Positions 37,959 to 47,701 of a stretch of 64,000 nucleotides of DNA are shown here, piece after piece. Source of the DNA: a virus; the IMG/VR virus record IMGVR_UViG_3300025769_000077, positions 1 through 64,000 of that record. The stretch is one strand, 5' to 3'. A program made the position numbers and the translations under genes. The notes under the pieces were generated by a model. That model saw only the letters and a program-made list of their open reading frames with translations. It made no database searches and had not been told where the DNA came from. Within the stretch, counting starts at the first letter, position 1; each line of letters begins with the position of its first letter.

Positions 37959-37984
37959 TAAGGGAGTGTAACAACTCCCTTTTT
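37959..37984 (+). terminator. Intrinsic terminator
   Basis: AAGGGAGT/ACTCCCTT followed by T-tract. Confidence 0.8.
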
Positions 37985-38014
37985 TCTAATTTTGTTTAAT
38001 TTAAATTATTAATA

Positions 38015-38341
38015 ATGTCACAGTACTCTGAAAGGTATGTTGCGTTGCATACAAAAAAAGACGCTGCTGCAATTGCACGTCAAAACGCAGAAATCGCATT
38101 AGATGAGATCGAATTAGCTATCTCTAATGCACAGTATCAAGCTAAACAAGCTGAAAGAACTTTGAAAAATTCTGAAAAGAACAGAGATCTTTCTTTGTTA
38201 GATGAGAAATTTTCTTCTAGCACAATTTCTAATTATCTAAGTTTAGATAGTGAAGTGGTTGATGCTCAAGCTGATCTTGAAAATGCAAATGCTGTAATTG
38301 AAAAACTTACAGCATTGAAAACTATGTTTACTGAAGAGTAA
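38015..38341 (+). CDS. Coiled-coil protein
   Basis: Heptad-rich; bracketed by terminators. Confidence 0.65.
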   Translation: MSQYSERYVALHTKKDAAAIARQNAEIALDEIELAISNAQYQAKQAERTLKNSEKNRDLSLLDEKFSSSTISNYLSLDSEVVDAQADLENANAVIEKLTALKTMFTEE

Positions 38342-38351
38342 ACCAAAACAG

Positions 38352-38381
38352 AAGGGGAGAGATTAAACTCTCCCTTTCTTT
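38352..38381 (+). terminator. Intrinsic terminator
   Basis: GGGAGAG/CTCTCCC hairpin. Confidence 0.7.
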
Positions 38382-38384
38382 ACT

Positions 38385-40232
38385 ATGAATTATATTTACG
38401 ATTTAGAACAGTTTAAAAACTTTAACTTAGGATTGTTTAAAAACGGTAATAACTATATAAGTTTTATCATACATGAAAGTAAAAACCAAATAAAAGAATA
38501 TCTAACATTTTTAAATGAATGTAGATTAAAAAATATAGGTATGATAGGATTCAATAACTTAGCTTATGATTATCCTTTATTACATTTTATGTTAGAAAAT
38601 GAAAAAAAACTTAGAAATTTATCAGCTAACGAAATAAACAAACTACTTTATGAAAAATCTCAATCAATAATTGAGCAAGATAATTCTTCTATATGGAATC
38701 CTAAGATTCCTCAGCTTGACTTATACAAAATAAGTCACTTTGATAATGCTGCTAGAAGAACATCTTTAAAACATTTACAAGTAGCTATGAATTGGCATAA
38801 TGTACAAGATTTACCTCTTGAACCATATGCTATGATTGATGAATCTCAGATAAACGATATTGTTTATTACTGTAAAAATGATGTTGATAGTACAGAAGCT
38901 TACTATGAACATTGTAAAAAATCTATTGACTTAAGAAAAGAATTAAGGAAAGATTATGTCATTGGATTAAATTACAATGATGTGAAAATAGGAGAAGAAA
39001 TATTACTTCAAGAGTGTGCTAAGGACATGAAAATTGAGTTGAAAGAACTTAAGAAGCTTAGAACACATAGAAGTTTTATTGAAGTAAAGGAAATAATATT
39101 CCCTTACGTTAAGTTTAAAACAAAAGAATTTCAAAAACTTCATGAATTTTTTAATGATAAAGTTATCAATGCAGATAGTTCTTTATCTTATTCTTTATAT
39201 CATGAAGGTGTTACTTATGATTTTGGTCAAGGTGGTGTACATGGAACTTGTGGTTCCGGAGTATGGAAAAACACTAAGACTAAAAAGTTAATTAATGTCG
39301 ATGTAAAATCTTACTACCCTAATCTTGCAATTAGAAATAACTTTCATCCTGAGCATTTAGGAATGACTTATTGTAAGGTTTATGAGTCCATATATGACCG
39401 TAGACAGCTTGCAAAGCGTGAAGGTAATAAAAGTATCGACAAAGCTCTTAAGTTGAGCTTAAACGGCTCCTATGGTAAATCTAATGATAAGTATAGTGCA
39501 TTGTATGATCCACTTTATACAATGAAAACTACTATCAATGGACAATTGCTTTTAGCAATGTTAGCTGAAGATATCAGTATAGCAGGAATTGAGATAATTC
39601 AAATCAATACAGATGGTATTTTAGTCTATGTTGATACTGATAAAATAGGATTGTTAAGGGAACTTAATGAAAATTGGATGAATCTAACTGGTTTAGAGTT
39701 AGAAGAAGACCATTTTGAAATGATAGCACAAAGGGATGTAAATAACTACTTAGCTCAATTTCAAGATGGTTCTATCAAAGGAAAAGGTGCATATGAAATA
39801 GACAGGGATTGGCATAAAGATCATTCTATGAAGGTTGTAAGAAAAGCAGTTGCTGCTTATTTTACAGAAAAAACTAAAGTAGAAGACTTTATTAAGAATC
39901 ATATAAATTTATCTGAGAATGCTATATATGATTTTTGTTTATCTAAGAGAATAGGTAAACAATTTAAACCTTTAATTAGGTCACTTAATTTAGAAACAAA
40001 TACAATAGAAGAAGATATACTTACTAAGACAACTAGACTTTACATTTCAAATTCAGGCGGAACATTTATTAAACAAAAAGCAGGTAAAGATCAACGATTA
40101 TTTGTTGGTTTTAAAGTAACTAAGTTTAACAAATTTGAACCTGGACCATATGATATTAACTATAAATTCTACATAGAAGAAGCTTATAAGTTAATTAACC
40201 CACTAATACTTCAACAAACTAAATTATTTTAA
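38385..40232 (+). CDS. DNA polymerase, family B
   Basis: ExoI YDLE, ExoII GFNNLAYD, ExoIII YCKNDV; DVKSYYPN, KLSLNGSYGK, NTDG. Confidence 0.92.
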   Translation: MNYIYDLEQFKNFNLGLFKNGNNYISFIIHESKNQIKEYLTFLNECRLKNIGMIGFNNLAYDYPLLHFMLENEKKLRNLSANEINKLLYEKSQSIIEQDNSSIWNPKIPQLDLYKISHFDNAARRTSLKHLQVAMNWHNVQDLPLEPYAMIDESQINDIVYYCKNDVDSTEAYYEHCKKSIDLRKELRKDYVIGLNYNDVKIGEEILLQECAKDMKIELKELKKLRTHRSFIEVKEIIFPYVKFKTKEFQKLHEFFNDKVINADSSLSYSLYHEGVTYDFGQGGVHGTCGSGVWKNTKTKKLINVDVKSYYPNLAIRNNFHPEHLGMTYCKVYESIYDRRQLAKREGNKSIDKALKLSLNGSYGKSNDKYSALYDPLYTMKTTINGQLLLAMLAEDISIAGIEIIQINTDGILVYVDTDKIGLLRELNENWMNLTGLELEEDHFEMIAQRDVNNYLAQFQDGSIKGKGAYEIDRDWHKDHSMKVVRKAVAAYFTEKTKVEDFIKNHINLSENAIYDFCLSKRIGKQFKPLIRSLNLETNTIEEDILTKTTRLYISNSGGTFIKQKAGKDQRLFVGFKVTKFNKFEPGPYDINYKFYIEEAYKLINPLILQQTKLF

Positions 40233-40233
40233 A

Positions 40234-40416
40234 ATGGAAGACTTTTTATTAGTAGAAAAACTACTTAAATTTGAAAAACCTGATGATTCAGTTTTAACTG
40301 AAGAACAGTATGTAGAATTACAAGAAGAATATGAACAACTTAGAAAGATTCATATTGACGAAATTCCACTTATTTACAATTTAAGAGAAGAATATGAAGA
40401 ATTAGCAACATGTTAG
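40234..40416 (+). CDS. Hypothetical acidic protein
   Basis: ORF tightly packed in operon. Confidence 0.5.
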   Translation: MEDFLLVEKLLKFEKPDDSVLTEEQYVELQEEYEQLRKIHIDEIPLIYNLREEYEELATC

Positions 40417-40419
40417 ACA

Positions 40420-41430
40420 ATGAAAGATAGAATCCAAGGAAGAGCTGTAGAGTTAAGTAAAACATATAACAATATGTTACTTATGTGGGCTACCGGTACA
40501 GGTAAATCCAGAGCAGCTTTAAAAATAGCAGAAGAACACGGTGGTAAATGGTACATAGTAGTAGCAGAAACTACACACATAAACAACTGGAAAAGAGAAA
40601 TTAAAGATGCAGGAATAACACTAGATTGTGAAATATTCTGTTATCAAAGTTTACATAAGTATACTGATAAAGCAAATCTCATTCTAGATGAATGTCATCA
40701 TGTTACTGACTTACGTATGAAAACTATACGTGAGATAGCTGACAAGAAGATAGTTGGTTTAAGTGCTACTGTACCTCAAGAGAAACTTGAATTACTACAA
40801 GGATTTAGAAAATTTAAAGAGATCTTTATTCCTTTATCTACTGCTATAAAACTTGGATTGGTTCCAAAACCTGATATTAGGATTGTAAGGTATCATTTAA
40901 CAGATATACAAAAGAAAGTGCTACGTAAGTTTGAACTAAAAATAGATGAATCTGTAGTCAATAAAGATGATTTATCAGCTAAGATTCATGGAAATAAACG
41001 TAAGACATTTTTTGCTAATGTTAAATTACCGGTACTAAAAAGGATTATTAAAAAGAATAGAAATAAAAGAATGATATGTTTTACTGGATCTGTTGATCAA
41101 TGTAAAGAAGTAGGTGGTAAATATATCATTTATTCTAGACTTAAAAAAGAAAGAATTAAGCAAGTAATAGAAAACTTTAATAAACAAACGAGTGATAAAC
41201 TATTTTCTGTAAAGATGTTAAGAGAAGGTGTAAACCTCACTAACATTGAAATAGGAGTTATTACTCAACTTGATAAAAAAGAACTATCATTTATTCAAAT
41301 GTTAGGTAGAACATTACGTGCTGAGTTTCCTTTATTGATAATTATAGTAGTGGCAGATACAAAGGATGAAGACACACTCAAACGTGTAATAAGAGGACTA
41401 AATGAGTATACAACAACTTACGATTTCTGA
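40420..41430 (+). CDS. Superfamily 2 helicase
   Basis: ATGTGKS, DECHH, LSAT, EGVN, QMLGRTLR. Confidence 0.9.
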   Translation: MKDRIQGRAVELSKTYNNMLLMWATGTGKSRAALKIAEEHGGKWYIVVAETTHINNWKREIKDAGITLDCEIFCYQSLHKYTDKANLILDECHHVTDLRMKTIREIADKKIVGLSATVPQEKLELLQGFRKFKEIFIPLSTAIKLGLVPKPDIRIVRYHLTDIQKKVLRKFELKIDESVVNKDDLSAKIHGNKRKTFFANVKLPVLKRIIKKNRNKRMICFTGSVDQCKEVGGKYIIYSRLKKERIKQVIENFNKQTSDKLFSVKMLREGVNLTNIEIGVITQLDKKELSFIQMLGRTLRAEFPLLIIIVVADTKDEDTLKRVIRGLNEYTTTYDF

Positions 41431-41646
41431 TGCATTACAGTTAATAGCATTAGGAATACTTCTTATACTTTTTTTCACTTTTATAAAAAAAGAAAATGAA
41501 GCTCAAGAAAAACATTTTAAAAAGTGGGACGAAAGAAACAAGAAATGTAATGAAGAAAACCAAGAACATAGCTAAACCTATTTATGTAGAATACTATGAT
41601 TCTTATGATAAAGCAGTACATTTAGCTGCTTTAAACCAATTAGATT

Positions 41647-42147
41647 ATGACGGAGATATTAGAGATTTGTAAAAAATTTAATTTAACTGTTAATGAATAT
41701 GCGTTTATTTACTTAAAATTTTATGGCTTTGATATACTTAATTTAGCTGATGTAGGTGACCTTGTAGAAAAAGGTTATGCTTTTAATGATAACACTATCA
41801 ATATAAAAACAGCTAAAAAGATATTAGGTGTAGGAGATATCAACTTTTGGGAGTTTTATAACATATTTCCAAGTAAAGTAGACAGAGGAACACGTATTCT
41901 TAGAGCAGTTAATCCTGATTCTAAGATAGCAGATAAGCATAGAAGGAAATATTTATCTAAAGTAAAAAGTTTAAATGAACACAATAAAGCTTGTAGTCAA
42001 GCTAAGATATTTGTCAGTAGACAAATGAAAAAAGATGGTGGTTTATATATACCTACTTTAGATAGAATTCTTAACAATGCTGAATGGGAATCTTGGGATT
42101 TTAAAGAAGAAACTGGTGGACTAGCTTCTAAAATTAAAATGAAGTAA
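41647..42147 (+). CDS. Putative replication initiator / helicase loader
   Basis: FWEFYNIFP..YIPTLDRILNNAEWE pattern directly upstream of DnaB. Confidence 0.5.
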   Translation: MTEILEICKKFNLTVNEYAFIYLKFYGFDILNLADVGDLVEKGYAFNDNTINIKTAKKILGVGDINFWEFYNIFPSKVDRGTRILRAVNPDSKIADKHRRKYLSKVKSLNEHNKACSQAKIFVSRQMKKDGGLYIPTLDRILNNAEWESWDFKEETGGLASKIKMK

Positions 42148-43070
42148 TGGCTCAGAGAATAAAAAGTTACTACGAAGCGCAACTTGAAGAGAAGGAAATA
42201 TTAGAAAAAATAAGAAGTGGTGAAATTAAACCACTTAGAACTTCTCTTACTAAATTTAACAATGCAACATTTGACGGTATGATAGCTGGTCATATATGGG
42301 GTATAGTTGGTATGTCAGGTGCAGGTAAAACTAGAATAATGTCTCAGTTAATAGATGAGTTTATCAACTTACCTATTAACAGAAGTGAAGCTGTAGAAGT
42401 ATTGAATTTTAATTACGAAATGCAAGCTAGACGACTAGTACTATTAGATATAGCTAGAGAATTAGGTAAAACAACTAGAGAGATATATGGTTTAGGAGAT
42501 GTAGAAAGACTATCAGATGAAGAATTTGATAATCTTATGTCTCGTATGGCTATAGATCACAATGTTAAAGTTTATTTTGTAGATGATCCAGGTAACTCAA
42601 CAGTAATGAGAGAAACTATAGACGAGTTTATGTCAACTAGGCGGAATTCTCGCACAGTTCTAACTCTCGATCATACAGCTCTTACACCTTTTGGTGGACT
42701 GAGTGAGAAAGATGGTATACAAGATATAATGAAAATGTTTAATCAATCTAAGAAAGTTTACCCTAATTCAAGTTATATCATACTGTCTCAGATGAATAGA
42801 GATATAGAATCTAAAGAAAGGATTCTAGATCCTCAACTACATTATCCTAAGAAAGGTGATATATACGGTTCTGATGCATTGTATCAGTTCTCAGATATGA
42901 TTGTAGTTATTCATAGACCTGAGATACTTATGATTGAAAATTACGGACCTAACGGTGTAAATACCGAAGGTAAAGTTTTCTTGCACTTTATAAAAGCAAG
43001 AGATGGAGATAGAGAAATAGCAATATTAGAGAACTCTTTATCTACAGGAAAATTAGTACAAACGATCTAA
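42147..43070 (+). CDS. dnaB: DnaB-like replicative helicase
   Basis: GMSGAGKT, NYEM, LDH, ILSQMNR, IHRPE, KARDG. Confidence 0.9.
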   Translation: MAQRIKSYYEAQLEEKEILEKIRSGEIKPLRTSLTKFNNATFDGMIAGHIWGIVGMSGAGKTRIMSQLIDEFINLPINRSEAVEVLNFNYEMQARRLVLLDIARELGKTTREIYGLGDVERLSDEEFDNLMSRMAIDHNVKVYFVDDPGNSTVMRETIDEFMSTRRNSRTVLTLDHTALTPFGGLSEKDGIQDIMKMFNQSKKVYPNSSYIILSQMNRDIESKERILDPQLHYPKKGDIYGSDALYQFSDMIVVIHRPEILMIENYGPNGVNTEGKVFLHFIKARDGDREIAILENSLSTGKLVQTI

Positions 43071-43094
43071 TTTTCGTATCTTTACAAAGAAGTA

Positions 43095-43781
43095 ATGGCA
43101 AATAAAATCTTAATTTTAGCTGAGTCTGGAAGCGGAAAGACTTACGCTCAGCGTACACTAGACCCGAAATCTACATTTTATATCAATGCTGATCAAAAAT
43201 CTCTTTCATTTAAGGGATGGAGAAAGAATTATGTACAAGTAGATAAACCGGATGGGAAGTTGGATTTAGCAAAATCTAACTTATACTCAACTAAGAACCC
43301 TCAAACTGTTCAAGCAGTACTGAAAGCAATAAGTGACACTAGACCTGAAATAAAGGTTGGAGTAGTGGATACCTTATCTTTATTAATGGTTCATAGTTTT
43401 ATGAGTAAAGCTAAACAGACAGGCTATGGTAAGTTTACTGACATGGCTCTGGATGTTTATAATCTTATAGACTCAATAGATGGTCTTAGAGATGACTTAA
43501 CTGTAGTATTTACAGCTCATATTGAAAAGAATGATCAAGGTGATGTTGATATTGCTATTCCAGGTGGTAAACTATTAAAAGACAAAGCTAAAATAGCTGC
43601 AATGTTTACAATAGTTCTTGGAATGGAAGTGCAATATAATAAAGAAGATAACAAATACTTCTTTAAAACAATGACCGAAGGTTCAGATGTTTATAAGTCA
43701 CCATTTGGAATGTTTCCAAGTAGACTTATAGATAATGATATGAAGAAAGTAATTGAATATATACAGAAATATGAGTCATAA
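43095..43781 (+). CDS. AAA_24 / Sak4-like ATPase
   Basis: ILAESGSGKT, VVDT, FTAH, KSPFGMF. Confidence 0.8.
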   Translation: MANKILILAESGSGKTYAQRTLDPKSTFYINADQKSLSFKGWRKNYVQVDKPDGKLDLAKSNLYSTKNPQTVQAVLKAISDTRPEIKVGVVDTLSLLMVHSFMSKAKQTGYGKFTDMALDVYNLIDSIDGLRDDLTVVFTAHIEKNDQGDVDIAIPGGKLLKDKAKIAAMFTIVLGMEVQYNKEDNKYFFKTMTEGSDVYKSPFGMFPSRLIDNDMKKVIEYIQKYES

Positions 43782-43805
43782 TTTTTTAAAATATAATTCT
43801 AAATA

Positions 43806-44261
43806 ATGTTTGTAGGTTACAAAAGAAGAGCTGTCGTAACAGCTCCAACAGAAACAGAACCGCGTTTTACTTTACATGAGTTTAAAGGAACCGGTACAGC
43901 ACGTAAGTTTGAATTAAACACCGTTGCTGGAGAAGCATTAGGTGTATCACAAGGTGACTATGTTACCTTTGGATGGCAAGAAGATGATGAAAATCTTTAT
44001 CTATATAAAGTAGATAGAGAAGCTCTTGCTGAAGATGAACAAAAATATGCTTTTAGGTTAACTAAAGAGTTAACTTTCTCTAACAAAGGAGCATATGAAT
44101 CAATTGCAGAAGATTATTCTATTAACCCTGAAGAAGGTGGTAATGTGAATGTAGAAATTACTGAAATTGATGGAGTAAATTATTTAAAAATGGTTGTACC
44201 TACTGAAGGTGAACCAGAATTAACTGAAGAAGAAAAAGAAACCTGGAAAAATGGCATTTAG
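43806..44261 (+). CDS. Hypothetical acidic protein
   Basis: ORF; LGVSQGDYVTF is weakly AbrB-like. Confidence 0.55.
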   Translation: MFVGYKRRAVVTAPTETEPRFTLHEFKGTGTARKFELNTVAGEALGVSQGDYVTFGWQEDDENLYLYKVDREALAEDEQKYAFRLTKELTFSNKGAYESIAEDYSINPEEGGNVNVEITEIDGVNYLKMVVPTEGEPELTEEEKETWKNGI

Positions 44262-45060
44262 CGGAAACGAAAGTGGTTCTACGGAATCACGTAAAAGACT
44301 TTATATAGGTCTTGAAAAATTTAAAGTAACAGCATTTAACCCTAACAAAGCTCAATTAGCTGAGATGGGTATAATTGTTGATGATGAACTTAATTACATC
44401 TCTGAAGATGAAGGTGTAAAAACATCAAGAGTTGCAATTTACTTGGATAATGATGATACAGATAACAATGTTAAAACTGTATTGTCTATCTTCTTAAGAG
44501 ATGAACACCAAACTACTATGAGTGGTAAACTCAAGTGGATTAACAATGAAGGTATTAGCTTCTATGGTACTCAAGAAGATATTGATAACAAGAACTTTTA
44601 TGATTGGATGAAACAAGAAGATGAAGAAGGTAATACCAAAGTAGATTTGGAAAGCTTTGTTCCTTGTAAATCTAATCAAGAAGAACTTGTTAATTTCATT
44701 AAAACATTTGCTAACGTAAAGAACGGTGATCCAGCTTATATTGAAAACATGGATGCATTGTTTAATGGTGACTTTAGCGAATTAAATGGTCTATTAGAAC
44801 ATTTTCCTAATAATAAAGTAGGTGTTCTATTAGGAGTTAAGACTAAAGACGATGGTACTTTAGTACAAACTCATTATTTGAAGAAGTTTGAGAGAGGTTT
44901 CTCTACTGACATGTCTTATCTACAAACTAGTGTAAATAGCTGGAGAGAGAATGGTGGTGGATCTAATGTAGACTTTGGTAACTTCCCTTATAACTTTAGA
45001 GAATATGTTCCAACTGCAGCAGGAGTTGATTCTTCTGCAGAAGACGATATACCTTTCTAG
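44251..45060 (+). CDS. Putative single-stranded DNA-binding protein
   Basis: C-terminal DDIPF; position between AAA ATPase and primase. Confidence 0.7.
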   Translation: MAFSGNESGSTESRKRLYIGLEKFKVTAFNPNKAQLAEMGIIVDDELNYISEDEGVKTSRVAIYLDNDDTDNNVKTVLSIFLRDEHQTTMSGKLKWINNEGISFYGTQEDIDNKNFYDWMKQEDEEGNTKVDLESFVPCKSNQEELVNFIKTFANVKNGDPAYIENMDALFNGDFSELNGLLEHFPNNKVGVLLGVKTKDDGTLVQTHYLKKFERGFSTDMSYLQTSVNSWRENGGGSNVDFGNFPYNFREYVPTAAGVDSSAEDDIPF

Positions 45061-46038
45061 ATGTTTAAAGGTAGTGTAATCAAAACTGTAACAGAAGAGT
45101 TAATATTATCACATACGACTGATTATGATATATATAATTATTACTTACCGGATTATACTCCAGGTAAAGGTTGTACAAACAGTCCTCTGAGAAATGATGG
45201 TATTCCTTCATTTGGTGTATTTTACGCTGACCGTTACAGTATATGGATGCACAAAGATCTTTCTACTGGAGAAAAAGGAAACTGCTTCACTTTTGTAAGA
45301 GATTTATTCTCTTATGGTACGTATTATGAAGCATTATTAAGAATAGCTCAAGACTTTGGTATAGCTGAAACAAAGGTAAAGTTAAAACCAAAGGTTAAAC
45401 CTAAACCTTCTTATTCTTATGGGTCTATACAGATAAGTGTAGTAAACAAAGAATTTGAAGAATATGATTTAGAATATTGGGATCAATACAAGATATCGAA
45501 AGATGTACTTAATCTATATAAGGTTGAGTCAGTGAGATATCTTGTATTCTCATCCCATTTCTCAACATGGTCTAAACCAGTGGATAAATATGCTTATGCA
45601 TATCCTGAAACTAAAGATGGTAATATTTGCTATAAGATATACCAACCTTATAGTAAAGACAAATGGATTAATAATTATAAACCTGGAACACATTCCGGAT
45701 ATGAACAACTACCTTCAACAGGTGAACTCCTTATAATTACCAAATCTTTAAAGGATGTAATGAGTATATATGCTACTACTGGTATTCCAGCTATAGCTGT
45801 TCAAAGTGAAAGTGCTAGTATAAAACAAGAAGTATTCGAGGAATATAAATCTAGATTTGCTAACTTAAGACTACTGTTTGATAATGACAAAGCAGGTAGA
45901 AAACTATCTAAAAAGTTTAGTGATAAGTATGATATTCCTGAAATGATTATACCTGAACAGTTTAAAAAAGATTATTCAGACAACGTCAAAGAATACGGAT
46001 CTAAAATCAGTAAAAATATTTTAATTGATTTAATATGA
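45061..46038 (+). CDS. DNA primase (DnaG/TOPRIM)
   Basis: SPLRND..PSF, IITKSLKDVM, FDNDKAG, KDYSD. Confidence 0.85.
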   Translation: MFKGSVIKTVTEELILSHTTDYDIYNYYLPDYTPGKGCTNSPLRNDGIPSFGVFYADRYSIWMHKDLSTGEKGNCFTFVRDLFSYGTYYEALLRIAQDFGIAETKVKLKPKVKPKPSYSYGSIQISVVNKEFEEYDLEYWDQYKISKDVLNLYKVESVRYLVFSSHFSTWSKPVDKYAYAYPETKDGNICYKIYQPYSKDKWINNYKPGTHSGYEQLPSTGELLIITKSLKDVMSIYATTGIPAIAVQSESASIKQEVFEEYKSRFANLRLLFDNDKAGRKLSKKFSDKYDIPEMIIPEQFKKDYSDNVKEYGSKISKNILIDLI

Positions 46039-46325
46039 ACGTTGGAATAAGAAATGTAAGTTATTTTAACGGCTTATATGATAATAAAAGTGAAGAAATA
46101 ATACTTCCTACTAACTTGTCTACCAAGTTAGATCTAAGTGCTGTTAAAATAATAAGAATGATGGGTTGCGTATATATGATTCCAACTAAAGAAGGATATT
46201 CTGTAAGGAATCATAAGATATCAATGCCTAGACAAATATTTAAGTTGTATTTTGGAACAACTAAAAAAACCAAGCTAAAATTAATTTTTAAAAAGAATAA
46301 AATTCAAATAACATGTCAAAATTAG
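46035..46325 (+). CDS. Hypothetical basic protein
   Basis: ORF overlapping neighbours. Confidence 0.5.
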   Translation: MNVGIRNVSYFNGLYDNKSEEIILPTNLSTKLDLSAVKIIRMMGCVYMIPTKEGYSVRNHKISMPRQIFKLYFGTTKKTKLKLIFKKNKIQITCQN

Positions 46326-46561
46326 TAACAATTTATTCATCAGTAGGAGAGTCTAAAAAAGAAGTTAGAACTGATGCTGAAAACTGGGGAGAACTTCAAG
46401 TAGACCTTAATGGAGCAGGTGTATCTATTGATGGAAAAAAAGTAATTCTTAAGCAAACAAAAGCAACTTTAGAAAGTTCTGAAGCTGTATTACCGACTAC
46501 AGATTTTGCTATTATGCTTATTCCAGGTAAAGTAAAATCTGGTAACGAAAAAAAGCACTAA
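46313..46561 (+). CDS. Putative ubiquitin-like (beta-grasp) protein ending KVKSG-NEKKH
   Basis: Size and strand-strand-helix pattern (VTIYSS/KEVRT/WGELQVDL); Gly near C-terminus; first gene before E2, JAB and E1. Confidence 0.6.
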   Translation: MSKLVTIYSSVGESKKEVRTDAENWGELQVDLNGAGVSIDGKKVILKQTKATLESSEAVLPTTDFAIMLIPGKVKSGNEKKH

Positions 46562-46637
46562 GTCCTTGTCGTACTAGAAAAGTCAATGATAATATTGCTA
46601 AGTTATTTAGTAGTATTCCTAGACAAGACGATAAGGA
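46549..46637 (+). promoter_or_regulatory. Candidate -1 programmed ribosomal frameshift signal
   Basis: In-frame A_AAA_AAG (46549-46555), 7-nt spacer, stem TCCTTGTCGT/ACGATAAGGA; -1 frame open to TAG 46695. Confidence 0.6.
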
Positions 46638-46684
46638 AGATAAAGATGCTCAAGCAGTTCTAAAAAGATTGAAGGAAGAATTCA

Positions 46685-47701
46685 ATGTCGACTAGTAATC
46701 AAAGATATGAAGGGAGTTATACACTCCCTTCTTCTTATAACAAGGATAATTATGATAAACTAATAGATTTACTGAACTTATATTTTAAGGATAATTGGTG
46801 TTTTAATAATGATGGTGTTGAATTTACAGGTATTGAGTTAGTTATTAAGTTTGATAGATTGACTATAAGTAATTCTAGAAATAGATCTCATACTATTAAT
46901 GATTTATATGTATTTTTATATATAAATGAACAAGGAATTCTTAACACTGCTAGTATTAAAGGTGGTCGTGGTAAATTAAGTTCAAGTGAATATGCTAGTA
47001 ATTATAAACATTCTCATTTAAGTGGAAATGTTTTAAAAAAAACATGGTTTTGTACCGGAAGTGGTCACATTAATGAAGCTTTAGCTAACTGTTGTGATGA
47101 ATTTAATATAGATAATTTTGATATTCTATTTGCTAATTTATTATCATTTGTTGAATGGGAATCCTTAGAAGGAGTTCCTTATAAATATATGAGTAATATT
47201 AGATTAAATGACGGAGTATCTTATTTATGTATTGATCAAGATTTAACACGTAGAATTATAGAAAAATTAAAAAAAGATGACTTTGATTTAAGTATTAGAA
47301 CTAATCCTACTGTTGTTATAAATCAGAAGTTTATAGATGCTTGTGTTAAAAACGGATGTCCTTTAGGTTACGAAGCAGATAATGGTAATTGGTGTACTGA
47401 TATATCACAACAATCTAGTAATAACTCATTAAAAACAGATTTTTCATTTAAAAACAAAAAAGTTATTTGTGAAATAACTTCAGATATAAATGATAAAAAA
47501 GAAATTGAAAAAAAACCATATATTAAACAAATAGAAAATGTTGCAAGAACAATTGAAACAAGAATCAAGCTTGAAAGAATCAAAGATTCCTTCTACTCCA
47601 GCTCTGAGGTTAGTGAATTCTGGAAAGAAATTCAAATTAGTGATTTCACAAGAACTGAAGTTGACAATAGAGAAACTATGCAAAGAAATTTCGCATATTG
47701 A
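46685..47701 (+). CDS. Prokaryotic E2-like conjugating protein
   Basis: YKHSHL..FCTGSG, the His..Cys arrangement of prokaryotic E2 families; operon context. Confidence 0.6.
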   Translation: MSTSNQRYEGSYTLPSSYNKDNYDKLIDLLNLYFKDNWCFNNDGVEFTGIELVIKFDRLTISNSRNRSHTINDLYVFLYINEQGILNTASIKGGRGKLSSSEYASNYKHSHLSGNVLKKTWFCTGSGHINEALANCCDEFNIDNFDILFANLLSFVEWESLEGVPYKYMSNIRLNDGVSYLCIDQDLTRRIIEKLKKDDFDLSIRTNPTVVINQKFIDACVKNGCPLGYEADNGNWCTDISQQSSNNSLKTDFSFKNKKVICEITSDINDKKEIEKKPYIKQIENVARTIETRIKLERIKDSFYSSSEVSEFWKEIQISDFTRTEVDNRETMQRNFAY

